A stretch of DNA of 63,833 nucleotides, counting the filler, from Conidiobolus incongruus B7586 (taxonomy: Eukaryota): NCBI GenBank assembly GCA_000697335.1. It is 45 parts of 45 records of this genome, joined end to end, with 100 filler letters (N's around TTAATTAATTAA, not from the genome) between each part and the next. Parts side by side here need not be neighbours in the genome. Positions count along the whole stretch, not along the records: positions 27,019 to 28,186 come from JNEM01000644.1; positions 28,287 to 29,589 come from JNEM01000646.1; positions 29,690 to 31,199 come from JNEM01000652.1; positions 31,300 to 32,846 come from JNEM01000654.1; positions 32,947 to 34,166 come from JNEM01000655.1; positions 34,267 to 35,665 come from JNEM01000657.1; positions 35,766 to 37,010 come from JNEM01000658.1; positions 37,111 to 38,719 come from JNEM01000659.1; 37 more parts are not named here. One strand, 5' to 3'. Below are positions 27,019-40,727 of this stretch, piece by piece. A model generated the notes under the pieces. The model saw only the letters and a list, made by a program, of their open reading frames with translations, had not been told where the DNA came from and did not search any database. Numbering within the stretch: position 1 is the first letter of the stretch; each line of letters starts with the position of its first letter. The position numbers and the translations under genes were made by a program.

Positions 27019-28020
27019 ACTGAAAATTAATATTTTATAAATTAATTAAATTTTCTTATAAAAATTTTCTTTCTTATATGCAAGTCTTAAAATTTCCTAA
27101 AGCAATTATAATGACATAGGTTATAATTTAAAGAATATATTAGATATGATAGTTTTTTATAATTATATTTAATTAGATAATTTTTTAAAACTTTAAATTT
27201 ATATATATTGTAATTATTATAAAAAATAATAGGTTTTTTAAATTATATTAAAATTGAAATTAAAAATAATTTTAATCTAAAAAAGAAATATAAAGCTTAT
27301 TATCAATTGATTTACACTCAGGAACTAAATAAGAATAGCATATAGTATTATAATTCATTTTTAATAATTAATATTTATTTAATAAAAAAATATTTATTTA
27401 AAAAAAGATTTGTGGAGGGGATTAATTTAGTATAATATAGAATTTTGATTTGTGTTTTAGTAAAGGATTATATATAAGGATTTAAGATTTATTAATAATA
27501 ATTATTTGTTATAAAAGTTTAGGTTTTTGGTAATATTTCAGTAAGTTTTATTAAGCAATAGTTATTCTAGCTTTTTTTAAGCTTTTGTTAAATTATAAAA
27601 TTCTTATTTGATATCTTTATTTATTAAATTTAAATTCTAATATATATAATTTACTTATAAATATAATATTAAAATATTTAAATATTTCTTTGATTAAAAT
27701 AAAAAGATGATTCTTAATATATTCTTTCAAATTTATTAATATTTAAAAGAGTGATAATTAAAATTAATTATTTAGATATTAGCAAGTTTGGATAGTATTT
27801 TGTTTAACTTTAAAATAATTTAGTTAGTTATAAATAGTTAATTTGAATCATGATTTATTATTAAAAGTTATATATAAATTCTAATTATTTTAAAGAATTT
27901 ATGGTTAAATTTTATTAATATTAAATTAAAATACTTTTAATTATCTTTATTTAGTTTTGATATAATTGAATTAAATAGCCAATTTAAAATAATAAATATT
28001 TAATCAAAAAAATATAATAT
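27019..28020 (-). mobile_element. mariner DD34D transposon, decayed copy
   Basis: Collinear with 31540-32545; interrupted in the 5' UTR by a Tc1-like end. Confidence 0.88.
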
Positions 28021-28023
28021 ATT

Positions 28024-28186
28024 TATTAGCCTGTAAAAATAAGTCATAAAATAAAAATCACTTATATATTTACCAATAACTTAAATAATTCTTAATTAAA
28101 TTAATCTAAATTAAAGTATATAATTAAAGTATATTACCTGATTATAATAGGTTATATTTAATTATATTTAATATATTATTGGTTAA
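28024..28186. mobile_element. Tc1-like terminal fragment
   Basis: TATTAGCCTGTAAAAATAAGTCATAAAATAAAAATCAC matches the family TIR. Confidence 0.8.
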
Positions 28187-29239
28187 NNNNNNNNNNNNNN
28201 NNNNNNNNNNNNNNNNNNNNNNNNNNNNNNTTAATTAATTAANNNNNNNNNNNNNNNNNNNNNNNNNNNNNNNNNNNNNNNNNNNNAAATTTAAATTATT
28301 TAATTTTTATTTTATAATAATTTTAATACTGAGCAACAAAAAATATTAATTTTAATATAAAATAAAATTTTTTCAATTTTAATAAAAATAATATATAATA
28401 ATTGTAAAATAATTATTTAATTCTAATTTAATATTTAATATATATTTTTAATAATAATTTTAGATAATATATATACAGCAGTATTTTGAATTGAAAATGG
28501 AATTTATTATTTTATTTAATATAGATTTTAAAAATAGCTACGTTTTTAATATTATATTAATTTATCTTATTTAAAATATATATTAATAATATGTTTTACT
28601 TGATACTTAATAAATAAATATGATATATTTTATAAATAATTATAAAATAAAATATGATTACATTTTTAGTTAAAATTATTATATATATTTTTAAAAGATA
28701 TTATAGTGTTATATTATTATTATTATTTATTGACTTTTTATATCACTTTTTGGTTGGAAAGGGTTAAATATATTTTTAATCCTGAAGTTACCCTAATTTG
28801 CGATATTTTACAATTAAAATTAAGTGTTATTAATATTAAAATGATACTGATTAGACAAAAGATAGTAAAACTAATAACCGAAAGAAAATATACTCCATTA
28901 TAAATTAATAAGCGAATCTAATATAACTTTGGAGGAATGCAAACTCCCTTAATATATTAATATAAATTTATTATAATTATTAAAAATCAAAAAATTAAAG
29001 CCATAATATGAAATTAATAATATAATTAATTAACTCAGTTTCTGAATATTAACTTGGTATTATTTATTTTATAATACTTTATATTTATATTATTTATTAA
29101 TTTATAAAACTTAAGTAAGCTTTGATTATAATTAAATCAATTTATCTTATGATAATATTTTTTTTAATGATTTTAAAAATGACATAATTTATAGTATTAA
29201 TTAAATTAACAAATTAATATACGTATTATATAATTAATT

Positions 29240-29589
29240 ATATAATATAGAATATATATCTTTTTTATTAAAATAATTCTATTCAATACTTTGGATAAGA
29301 TTTAATATTAACAAAAATAATTTTTTTGTTTAAAAAATAAAATTTAATTTTTTTGAAATAAAATTAATTTATTTATAAAAATCTTTTCTTAAAAGAATAT
29401 TTTTAATTCCTAAAAACATATATAATCAAATAGGTAATGATTTGATAAATATGATAGAAATATCAAATGTTTTATATAAAAAATCTTTTATCACTTTTGT
29501 TATATATATTATAATTATTAAATAAAATAATTAATATTCTAAATAGATAAAAGAATATTAATAGGAAATTAACTTATTTAAAAAAGAAA
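29240..29589 (-). mobile_element. Highly diverged mariner 3' fragment
   Basis: Loose collinearity with 31450-31815 (ATACTTTGGATAAGATTTAATA...; TTTTAATTCCTAAAA...TATAATCAAATAGGT). Confidence 0.55.
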
Positions 29590-29721
29590 NNNNNNNNNNN
29601 NNNNNNNNNNNNNNNNNNNNNNNNNNNNNNNNNTTAATTAATTAANNNNNNNNNNNNNNNNNNNNNNNNNNNNNNNNNNNNNNNNNNNNATTATATTAAA
29701 TTTTTTATATATATTATAACA

Positions 29722-31199
29722 TACTCACCTATAAAAACAAGTTATAAAATCAAAAATATATATATTTATTAATAATTAAATTAATTGTATATATTAGATT
29801 ACTTGAAATTATAATATATAATTAAGATATATTCTTTAATAAAAAATAATTATATATAGATAAATTTAGTAAACTATTACCAAAAATATTAACCTTTAAT
29901 ATTTAACTAAAATAAGTTATAAATTTTTAGGTTTTTAAAATAACAGGATATGTTTAATAATATATAACCATATCTTTTTTCTCTTTTTGCTATTATTTTG
30001 TATAATATTTTACAAATATATTAAATTCCTTTAATTAGCATTAATATATTAAAATCCCTCTCTAAAAATATTTATTTAAATATCAATTAACTTAATAACA
30101 AAATAAATTAACTTATGATATTATTAGAATTACTAGTGTTAATTAGTCTATTATAGTTAAAACTGTTAAAAATAACAATAAAAGCATATTTAAACTTAAG
30201 TGGGTTAAAATTATAAATGAATATAATAAGAGGTATATTTATAGGTTAGTTAATAAATATAAATATAGTATTATTTTAAAAATATAATAAGAATTAAAAA
30301 ACTATATAAGAATATTAGTTAACACAAATAATACTATATATGCTTTATATTAACATAAATACTATTTATACTTTAAGAAAAAACCCCCTTAATTCAAAAA
30401 TCTTATTATATAGTTAGGTGGGAGTTTAAATATCATTATTAATATTAAATTAAAATTAATTAAAATAAATTAAAATAAAGTTATTTAATTAAATAAAACA
30501 AAAATATAGTTTAGTAAATTGAATAATAAAAATAAATATTTTAAAAAAGATATAAAATTTTTTATAATTATTATATTAATTTTACCCAAAAGTTTAATAG
30601 TAAGTTAGTTATTATTTAGGGATATATATTGTTTTTAGGTATAAAATATCTTCATAAACTTAATAAAGAAGTTAATATTAAAATATATTAGAGTATTTTA
30701 AATAATAAATTCAAAAAACTATTGAATAATATAAATTAAATAAATCTATTATTATTTTCTAATAAAATAATACCTTTTGCTATATTATAACTTTTAATAC
30801 CAAATAACTTAAAAATAATAAAAAAATAGCTATAAAATGGTTTCTTCAATCTTTTAATACTAATTTAATTAAATAACTTTAAAATTAGTTTAAAAAAAGC
30901 TTTTAAAGCTTTTTCTCTAATAAAAACTTAAATTAGCTTTAAAAATATATTTAAGAAATATAAAACAAGATTAACCTTTTTTAATATAGATAGTTAATTG
31001 ATTTTATACCCTATAAACTTAAAAAAGTTAAAAAAATTAAAGATAGATATACTAAGTTTTAATTTTTTTATCACCAAAAACCTACAATTTATAACTTATT
31101 TTAAATAAAATTTGAGGGTTAATAACTTAACCAATTAATAACCAGATATCATTATTTGATGATTTATATTATTAATAAATATATATAATTTTAACTATT
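29722..31199 (+). mobile_element. Tc1-like DD34E transposon with left TIR (subfamily A)
   Basis: TACTCACCTATAAAAACAAGTTATAAAATCAAAA; retains TGG TTT CTT CAA (W..Q) at 30838-30849. Confidence 0.93.
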
Positions 31200-31363
31200 N
31201 NNNNNNNNNNNNNNNNNNNNNNNNNNNNNNNNNNNNNNNNNNNTTAATTAATTAANNNNNNNNNNNNNNNNNNNNNNNNNNNNNNNNNNNNNNNNNNNNA
31301 AAAGATCTAAAATTTATTAATAGATATAATTTATTATAATAACCTTAGCTTTTAGCTATATTA

Positions 31364-32671
31364 TTACTTTGTAATTTAAATAATAGGAATTTTTTGTAAT
31401 TGAAAAAAAATAAACATTATAATATATAAAAAATAAAAATAAATATATAATATAAAATTAATAATTTCCTTTATTTCTAATAACTTTTTGCTATATTTTT
31501 ACAAAGATCTAATATCTAAAAAACAATTCTTTTTATTAAGGATTGAAATTTAATATTTCACAAACTAATTAAATTTTTTTTGCAAAAATTTTCTTTCCTG
31601 TAAGCTGGTTTTTTAATTGCCTAAAGCAATTATAATCATATGGGTTATAATCTAGGGAATATACTAGATATGGTAGTTCTTTCAAATTATTTTTAATTAG
31701 AAAGTTTTTTATAACTTTAGATTTATATATTTTATAATTATTATGCAAAATAATAGGTTTTTTCAAATTATATTAAGAATACCAATTAGAAATAGTTTTA
31801 TTTAAAAAAAATATAAAGTTTACTATTAATTGATTTTCCTTTAGAAACTAAATAAAAATAGCATATGCTATTATAATCCATTATAATAATTAATATTTGC
31901 TGATTAATAGAGTGTTTATTTAAAGTAATTTATAAAAAGGGTTGATTTAGTTTAATCCAACACTTTGATTTATGTTTTGATAAAGGATTATACAAAAAAA
32001 TCTAAGATTCATCAATTGCAATAATTTACTATAAAAGCCTTGGTTTCTGGCTATACCTTAGTAAGTTTTGTTTAACAATAGCTACTCTAGCTTTTTTTGA
32101 GCTTTAATTAAATTATAAGGTACTTATTTTGTATTTTTATTAATTAATTTTAATTTAAACTTTAATATATATAAATTACTTATGTAACTAATATTAAAAT
32201 GTCTTGATAATTCTTTAGTTGAAATAAAAGGGTGTTTTTTAATATAATTTTTCCCTATATTAATAATTAAAAGAGTGATAGTTAAAATTAGTCTTTTAGA
32301 TTTTGGTAGGTTTTGGGTAATTGCTCTCTTAGCTTTAAAATAATTTACCCAGCAATAAATTGTTGATTTAGATAATGCTTTATTACCAAAAGTTGCTTGT
32401 AAATTTTGAATGATTTTAGAGGGTTTGTGGTTAAGTTTTAGTGATACTAAAATAAAAAACTTTTGATTATCACTATTTAGTTTAAATATAATTAAATTTA
32501 ACAACTAATTTTAAAATATAAATTTTTTAATCAAAAAAATTATTTATATATATATAATTCAAAACTATCTATTTTCCTATTTGTTTTGTATATATTTTTA
32601 TATTTGAAATTAATAATATGTTTGAAAAATCAGAAATTAAAAAATTTCCCATTTTTTTGACTCTAAGGTAA
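31364..32671 (-). mobile_element. Full-length mariner DD34D transposon (1308 bp), about 30-bp imperfect TIRs, TA duplication
   Basis: TA-TTACTTTGTAATTTAAATAATAGGAATTTTTT ... AAAAAATTTCCCATTTTTTTGACTCTAAGGTAA-TA. Confidence 0.95.
31458..32489 (-). pseudogene. mariner transposase pseudogene (about 340 aa ancestral; includes ORF-track pieces 32124-32504 and 31569-31766)
   Basis: Mariner-type HTH (FGNKALSKSTIYCWVNYFK); *VPYNL for WVPH.L; IIAIDES; ILH(D>N)N with HDN intact at about 62986-62994; YSLDYNPYD for YSPDLAPSD. There are 34 residues between the second and third D. The start ATG is retained in the copy at 62023-62025. Confidence 0.93.
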
Positions 32672-32946
32672 TATAATAGGTTTTGTTTAATTATAACTAT
32701 TTTAGTTATTTTCTAAACTTTTATTAAATTATTAAATATTAAATTTGAACTATTTTAATTAATTTAAATTTAAATATCAATTTATATAAATTATTTATAT
32801 AGCTAATATTAAAATCTATTATTTAATTTTTTAATTATAATAAAATNNNNNNNNNNNNNNNNNNNNNNNNNNNNNNNNNNNNNNNNNNNNTTAATTAATT
32901 AANNNNNNNNNNNNNNNNNNNNNNNNNNNNNNNNNNNNNNNNNNNN

Positions 32947-34166
32947 AAAAATCTACTTATGTATTAATTAACTTTATAAAGAATATAAATCAACTTATAA
33001 TATTACTAGAATTATTAGTGTTAGCTAATTTACTATAGTTAAAGCTATTAAGAATAATAATAAAAAAACATTTAAACCTAAACTTAAATATATTAAAATT
33101 ATAAATAAATATAATAAGAAATATATCTGTAGGTTAGTTAATATAGATAAATATAATATTATTATAGAAATATAACAAAACCTATAAAACTATATAAAAA
33201 TATAAATTAGCACTAATATTATTATATATACTTTATATTAATATAGATAGTACTTACACTTTAACAAAAAACACCTTTAATTAAAAAAATCCCATTATAA
33301 AACTAGATAAGAGTTTAAATATCACTATTAATATTAAATTAAAATTAATTAAAGTGAAGTTATTTAGTTTAATGAAATAAAAATATATTTTAATAAATTT
33401 AATAAAAAAACTAGATACTTTAAAAAAATATAAAACTACTTTATAACTATTATGTTAATTCTACCTAAAAGTATAATAGTAGGTTAATTATTATTTAAGG
33501 ATATATATTGTTTTTAAGTGTAAAGTATCTTTATAAAATTAATGAAAGAGTTAATATTAAAATATACTAAAGTATTTTAAACAATGAATTGAAAAAAACT
33601 ATTGAATAAAATAGGTTAAACAAAACTAATGTTATTTTCTAGCAAAATAATACCTTTAATTATATTATAACTTTTACTACCAAATAACTTAAAAATAACA
33701 AGATAATAGTTATAAAATAGTTTCTTTAATCTTTTAACTTTATTCTAATTAAATATCTTTAGGATTAGTTAAAAAAAGTTATTAAAGCTTCTCCCTTAGC
33801 AAAAGATTTAAATTAACTTTAAAAATATATTCAAGAAATATAAAACAAAATTAACCTTTTTTAGTATAAGAGGTTAGTTGATTCTATACCCTATAAACTT
33901 AAAGAAATAAAAATATTAAAGGTAGATACATTAAGTTTTAATTTTTTTATCATCAAAAACCTATAAATTTATAACTTACCCTAGGTAAAATTTAAGGGTT
34001 TATATTTTAACTAATTAATAGCTAAATATTATCATTTAATAATATATATAATTAATAAATATAATTGATTTTAATTATTTAATTTAAATTTATTTTATTA
34101 AATATTAATTAAGTTATTAGTAAAAATATAAATGTTTTTAATTTTATAACTTACTTTTATAGGTTA
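32947..34166 (+). mobile_element. Tc1-like DD34E transposon, decayed copy (subfamily A)
   Basis: Whole contig collinear with 7770-8992. Confidence 0.93.
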
Positions 34167-34266
34167 NNNNNNNNNNNNNNNNNNNNNNNNNNNNNNNNNN
34201 NNNNNNNNNNTTAATTAATTAANNNNNNNNNNNNNNNNNNNNNNNNNNNNNNNNNNNNNNNNNNNN

Positions 34267-35650
34267 ATAGGGTGAGTTATAAATTTGTGGGTTTAAAAGT
34301 TAAAAGGTTATATAAAACAAAAATTACTTAAATTTTTTTTATTAAATTATATATATATATATATTAATATTATTCTTATAAATTATTATTTTAAATAATA
34401 TTAGTATTAAAATATTTAAATCCCTCTTTAAAAAAATTCACTTGTGTATTAATTAACTTGATAATAATGGTAAATTAACTTATAAAATTATTAGAATTAC
34501 TAGTGCTAATTAGTTTATTATAGTTAAAGCTATTAAAAATTATAGTAAAGATATATTTAAACTTAAACTTAAGTATGTTAAAATTATAGATAAATATAAT
34601 AAAAAATATATTTGTAAATTAATTAATATAGGTAAATATAATATTATTATAAAAGTATAGAAAGAATTACAAGATTATATAAGAATATTAATTAGTACTA
34701 ATACTATTATATATATTTTACATTATAATAAATATCATTTGCACTTTAAATAAAACATCTTTAATTAAAAAAGTCCCATTATAAAATTAGATAGGAGTTT
34801 AAATGTTATTACTAAAGTTAAACTGAAACTAATTAGAATAAAGTTATTTAGTTTAATAAAAAAATATATCTTAGTAAATTTAATAAAAAAGCTATATATT
34901 TTAGAAAAAACAAAAAATTACTTTATAACCATTATGTTATTTCAACCTAAAAATATAATAATAGGTTGATTATAATTTAAAAATATATGTTATCTTTTAA
35001 TATAAGGTATTTTTATAAAGTTAATAAAGAAATTAATATTGAGATATATTAAAATATTCTAAATAATAAATTAAAAAAACTATTAAATAATATAGCTTAA
35101 ATAAATCAGATATTATTTTTTAATAAGATAATACCTTTTATTATACTATTATTTTTATTACCAAATAATTTAAAAATAATAAAATAATAGTTATAAAGTA
35201 GCTTCTTTAATTTTTTAATTTTAATCTAATTAAATACCTTTAGGATTAGTTAAAAAAATAGTTAAAGTTTTCCTATTAGTAAAAAATTTAAATGAGCTTT
35301 AAAAATATATTTAAAAGCTTAAAACAAAATTAATCTTTCTTAATATAAGAAGTTAATTAATTTTATACCCTATAAACTTAAAGAAGTTAAAAAAGCAAAA
35401 GATAGATATATTAAATTTTAATTTTCTTTCTATAACCAAAATACATAAATTTATAACTCACCTTAGGTAAAATTTAAATTTTAATATATCAACTAAAAAT
35501 TAATATAATTCAATTAAATATACTTAATTATAAATAAATGATATAAGTTTATTATATATTTTAATTTAAATTAATTTGATTAAAATTAATAAAGTTATTA
35601 ATAATAATATATATAATTATAATTTTATAGTTTGTTTTTATAAGCTAGTG
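34267..35650 (+). mobile_element. Tc1-like DD34E transposon (subfamily B) with right TIR
   Basis: Begins at the inner repeat GGGTGAGTTATAAATTTGTGGG; ends TTTTTATAAGCTAGTG followed by TA. Confidence 0.93.
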
Positions 35651-35765
35651 TATATATATATATTANNNNNNNNNNNNNNNNNNNNNNNNNNNNNNNNNNN
35701 NNNNNNNNNTTAATTAATTAANNNNNNNNNNNNNNNNNNNNNNNNNNNNNNNNNNNNNNNNNNNN

Positions 35766-37010
35766 AAATAATAAACTTATATTATTTATTTATAATTAAA
35801 TAATTTTGATCTAATTATATTAACTTTTAGTTGATATATTAAAATTTAAACTTTATCTAAAATAAATTATAAATTTATATATTTTAGTTATAAAAAAGAA
35901 ATTAAAATTTAATATATCTATCTTTTGCTTTTCTAACTTTCTTAAGTTTATAGGGTAATAATTAATTAACTTCTTATATTAAGAAGGATTAATTTTGTTT
36001 TAAGCTTCTTAAATATATTTTTAAAGCTTATTAAAATTTTTTACTAATAAGAAAACTTTAATTGCTTTTTTTAACTAATCTCAAAAGTATTTAATTAGAT
36101 TAAAGTTAAAGGATTAAAAAAACCACTTTATAACTGTTATTTTATTATTTTTAAACCATTTGGTAATAGAAATAATAATATAACAAAAGATATTATTTGG
36201 TTGGAAAATAATATCTGATTTATTTAACTTATATTATTCAATTGTTTCTTTTAATTCATTATCTAAGATATTTTAATATATTTCAATATTAATTCCTTTA
36301 TTAACTTTATAAAAATATCTTATACTAAAAGATAACATATATTTTTAAAATATAATTAACCTATCATTATATTTTTTGGTTAAAATAACATAATTGTCAC
36401 AAAGTAATTTTTTGTTTTTTCTAAAATATTTAACTTTTTTATTAAATCTATTAAGATATATTTTTGTTTTATTAAACTATATAACCTTATTCTAATTAAT
36501 TTTAATTCAACTTTAATGGTGATATTTAAACTCCCACTTAATTTTATAATAAGTCTTTTTTAATTAAGGGTATATTTTCTTAAAATACAAATGGTATCTA
36601 TTATAATAAAGTATATATAATAATATTAATATTAACTAATATTTTTAAATAGTTTTATAATTTTTCCTATATTTTTATAATAGTATTATACTTATTTATA
36701 TTAATTAACCTATAAATATACCTTTTATCATACTTATTTATAATCTTAACACATTTAAGTTTAAGTTTAGATATATCCTTATTATAATTTTTAATACCTT
36801 TAACTATAATAAACTAGTTAATACTAGTAATTCTAATAATTTTATAAGTTGATTTACCTTTATTATAAAGTTAATTAATATATAAGTGAATCTTTTTAGA
36901 AAAAGATTTAAGCATTTTAATATTAATATTATTTAAAATATTAATATTAGTATATATATATATATATATATATAATTTAATAAAAGAAAAAAAATTTAAG
37001 TAATTTTTGT
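35766..37010 (-). mobile_element. Tc1-like DD34E transposon, decayed copy (subfamily B)
   Basis: Start ATG retained (CAT at 36913-36915); TTCCAACCA and two TGG codons retained on the minus strand. Confidence 0.92.
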
Positions 37011-37181
37011 NNNNNNNNNNNNNNNNNNNNNNNNNNNNNNNNNNNNNNNNNNNNTTAATTAATTAANNNNNNNNNNNNNNNNNNNNNNNNNNNNNNNNNN
37101 NNNNNNNNNNGATTTATTTTTTAAATATGTTTATTTTATTCTTTATTTCAAAATTTTATAATTAAAGGTATTTTATAATTA

Positions 37182-38475
37182 TTACCTTCGATTTAAAATA
37201 ACAGGAAATTTTTTAATTTCTGATTTTTCAAATATATTATTAGTTTGAATTAAATAAATATATAGAAAGTTAATAGGAAATTATATACTTTTAGTATATA
37301 TATAATAATTTTTTAATTGAAAATTATCTTTTTAAAATTGGTTATTTGATTTAATTATACTTAAATCAAATAATAATTATCAAAAGTCTTTTATTTTAAT
37401 ATTAATAAAACTTTATCACAAATCCTCTAAAATTATTTAAAATTTATAAGCAGCTTTTGATAATAAAGCATTATCTAAATTAATAATTTATTGCTAGATG
37501 AATTACTGTAAGGTTAAAAGAGAAATTACCCAAAACCTGTTAAAATCTAAAAAATTAATTGCAACTGTTATTTTTTTAAATATTAATAAAATGAAAAATT
37601 ATATTAAAAAACACTCTTTTATTTCAGCTAAAGAATTTTCAAGACAATATAATATTAATCATATAAGTATTTTATATATATTAAAGTTTTAATTAAAATT
37701 AATAAATAAAAATATAAAATAGGTATTTTATAATTTAAATAAGGCATGAATAAATTAGAATAATTACTGTTAAAAAAAACTTACTAAGGTATAACTAAAA
37801 ATCAAAGCTTTTATAATATATTATTACAATTGATAAATTTTAGATTTTTTTTATAATCCTTTGCCAAAACATAAATCAAAGTGTTGAATTAAGATAAATC
37901 AAACCCTTTTATAAATTATATTAAATAAATATTTTATTAATAAATAAATTTTAATTATTATAATAGATTATAATAGCATATATTATTCTTATTTATTTCC
38001 TAAAAGAAAATGAATTAATAGTAAAGTTTATATTTCTTTTTTAAATAAAACTATTTATAATTGCTATATTTAATATAATTTGAGAAAACTTATTATTTTG
38101 CATAATAATTACAAAATACATAAATCTAAAGTTATAAAAAACTTTCTAAATAAAAATAGCTGAAAAGAATTACTATATCTAGTATATTTCTTAGATTATA
38201 ACCCATATAATTATAATTGTTTTAGGCAATTAAAAAAAACTTATAAGAAAGAAAATTTTTATAAGAAAATTTAATTGATTTGTAAAAAATCAAATTTCAG
38301 TTGTTAATAAAAAAAACTATTTTTTAAGTATTAGATCTTTGCTAAAAGGATAGCAAAAAGTTATTAAAAATTAAAAAAATTATTAATTTTATAATATATA
38401 CTTATTTTCACTTTCTATATATTAAAATATATTTTTTTAATTACAAAAATTCCCATTATTTAAATTATAAAGTAA
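37182..38475 (+). mobile_element. Full-length mariner DD34D transposon (1294 bp), TA duplication
   Basis: TA-TTACCTTCGATTTAAAATAACAGGAAATTTTT ... AAAATTCCCATTATTTAAATTATAAAGTAA-TA; ORF-track piece 37498-37692 is a transposase fragment. Confidence 0.94.
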
Positions 38476-38825
38476 TATTATATTTAAGAGATAATTTACT
38501 TATAAGTTTGAAAATATTAGCAAATTAACTTAAAATACTATAATAAAAATAGTCATTCAATATAGTTTTATTAAAAACAACTAATAAAATATTGATAGAT
38601 AAATAATAAACAAATATATATCTTTATAAATTATTATAGTTTTTAATAATTTTATTATTAATTTTTAATAATAATAATAGAGTTTTTTGTTATATTTATA
38701 GAATTAATATAATGTGAAANNNNNNNNNNNNNNNNNNNNNNNNNNNNNNNNNNNNNNNNNNNNTTAATTAATTAANNNNNNNNNNNNNNNNNNNNNNNNN
38801 NNNNNNNNNNNNNNNNNNNAATATA

Positions 38826-40317
38826 TATTAACTTGTAAAAATAAGTTATAAAATCAAAAATACTTATATTTTTATTTATAATTTGAATAATATTCAATGA
38901 AATAAACTTAAATTAAAATAATTAAAATTTATCATATTTATTAATAATATATATCATTAAATAATAATATTTAGTTATTAATTAGCTAAAATATAAACCT
39001 TTAAATTTTACTTAAGATGAGTTATAAATTTATAGGTTCTTGATAATAAAAAAAATTAAAACCTAGTATATTTACCTTTAGCTTTTTTAACTTTTTTAAG
39101 TTTGTAGGGTATAGAATCAACTAATTTCTTATACTAAGAAGGGTTAATCTTGTTCTATACTTCTTAAATATATTCTTAAAGTTGATCTAAATTTTTTATT
39201 AAGGGGAAAACTTTAATAGCTTTTTTTAACTAATTTTAAAGATGTTTAATTAAATTATAGTTAAGAGATTAAAGAAACTACTTTATAACTGTTATCTTGT
39301 TATTTTTAAGCTATTTGGTAGTAAAACTTATAATATAACAAGAGGTATTATCTTTTTAAAAAATAATATCAGATTTATTTAACCTATATTATTCAATAGT
39401 TTTTTCAATTTATTATTTAGAATATTTTAATATATTTTAATATTAATTCCCCTATTAACTTTACAAAGATATCTTATACCTAAAGACAATATATATCCTT
39501 AAATAATAATTAACCTACTATTATATTTTTAGATAGAATTAATATAATAGTTATAAAATAATTCTACCTTTTTTCTAAATTATCTAGCTTTTTTATTAAA
39601 TCTATTAAAATATATTTTTATTTTATTAAACTAAATAACCTTACTTTGATTAGTTTTAGTTTAATATTAGTAATGATATTTAAACTTCCACTTAACTTTA
39701 TAGTGGGATTTTTTTAATTGGGGGTGTTTTTTCTTAAGATGTAAATGATATCTATACTAATATAAAGTATATATAATAATATTAGTATTAACTAATATTC
39801 TTGTATAGTTTTATAGTTTTTGTTATATTTCTATAGTAATATTATATTTACTTATATTAATTAACTTATAAATATACTTTTTATTATATTTATTTATAAT
39901 CTTAACACACTTAAATTTAAGTTTAAATGTTCTTTTATTGTTATTCTTAATAGCTTTAATTATAATAAACTAGCTAACACTAGTAATTCTAGTAATATCA
40001 CAAGTTAATTTACCTTTTTTATAAAGTTGATTGATATATAAGTAGATTTTTTTAGAGAGGGATTTAGATATAATAATACTAATAAAAAAAATTTAGTATA
40101 CTTATAAAATATTATATAAAATAATAACAAAGAGAAAAAAAAGATATGATTATATATTGTTAAATATATCCTTTTATCTCAAAAAACTACAAATTTATAA
40201 CTTACCTTAGTTAAATATTCAGGGTTAATATTTTTGCTAATAATTTATTCAATATATTTAAATATATTTATTTATTATTAAATAATATATCTTAATTATA
40301 TATTATAGTTTTATGTA
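38826..40317 (-). mobile_element. Tc1-like DD34E transposon with right TIR (subfamily A)
   Basis: TA-TATTAACTTGTAAAAATAAGTTATAAAATCAAAAA; collinear with 7475-8995 in reverse. Confidence 0.93.
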
Positions 40318-40417
40318 NNNNNNNNNNNNNNNNNNNNNNNNNNNNNNNNNNNNNNNNNNNNTTAATTAATTAANNNNNNNNNNNNNNNNNNNNNNNNNNN
40401 NNNNNNNNNNNNNNNNN

Positions 40418-40727
40418 AATTACTAATATATTATTATATTTTTCTGTTTTTTTTATTATTTTTTTTATATAATATTTTATGAATATATTAAATAATTTAA
40501 TTAATATCATTATATTTTTATCCCTTTGTAAAAAAATTTATTTGTATATTAACTAACTTTATTAAAAAACAAATTAACTTATGATATTATTAGTATTACT
40601 ATTGTTAACTAGTTTAATATAATTAAGGCTATTAATAATAACAATATTATTATATGTAAACTTAAACTAAAGAATATTAAAATCATAGATAAGCATAATA
40701 AAAAGTATATTTATAAGTTGGTTAATA
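40418..40727 (+). mobile_element. Tc1-like 5' fragment (target of a nested insertion)
   Basis: Matches about 7660-7964 (HTH region ATGATATTATTAG.ATTACTA.TGTTAACTAG). Confidence 0.82.

Noticed and set aside
32124..32504. 126-aa ORF as a functional stand-alone HTH gene
   Set aside because: It is the N-terminus of the mariner transposase, ended by a mutated Trp codon of the WVP motif; the ancestral ATG position reads ATA.
36951..36973. (TA)n runs here and near 12227, 34349, 46614 and 63795
   Set aside because: Short microsatellites expected in this composition; no distinct structure.
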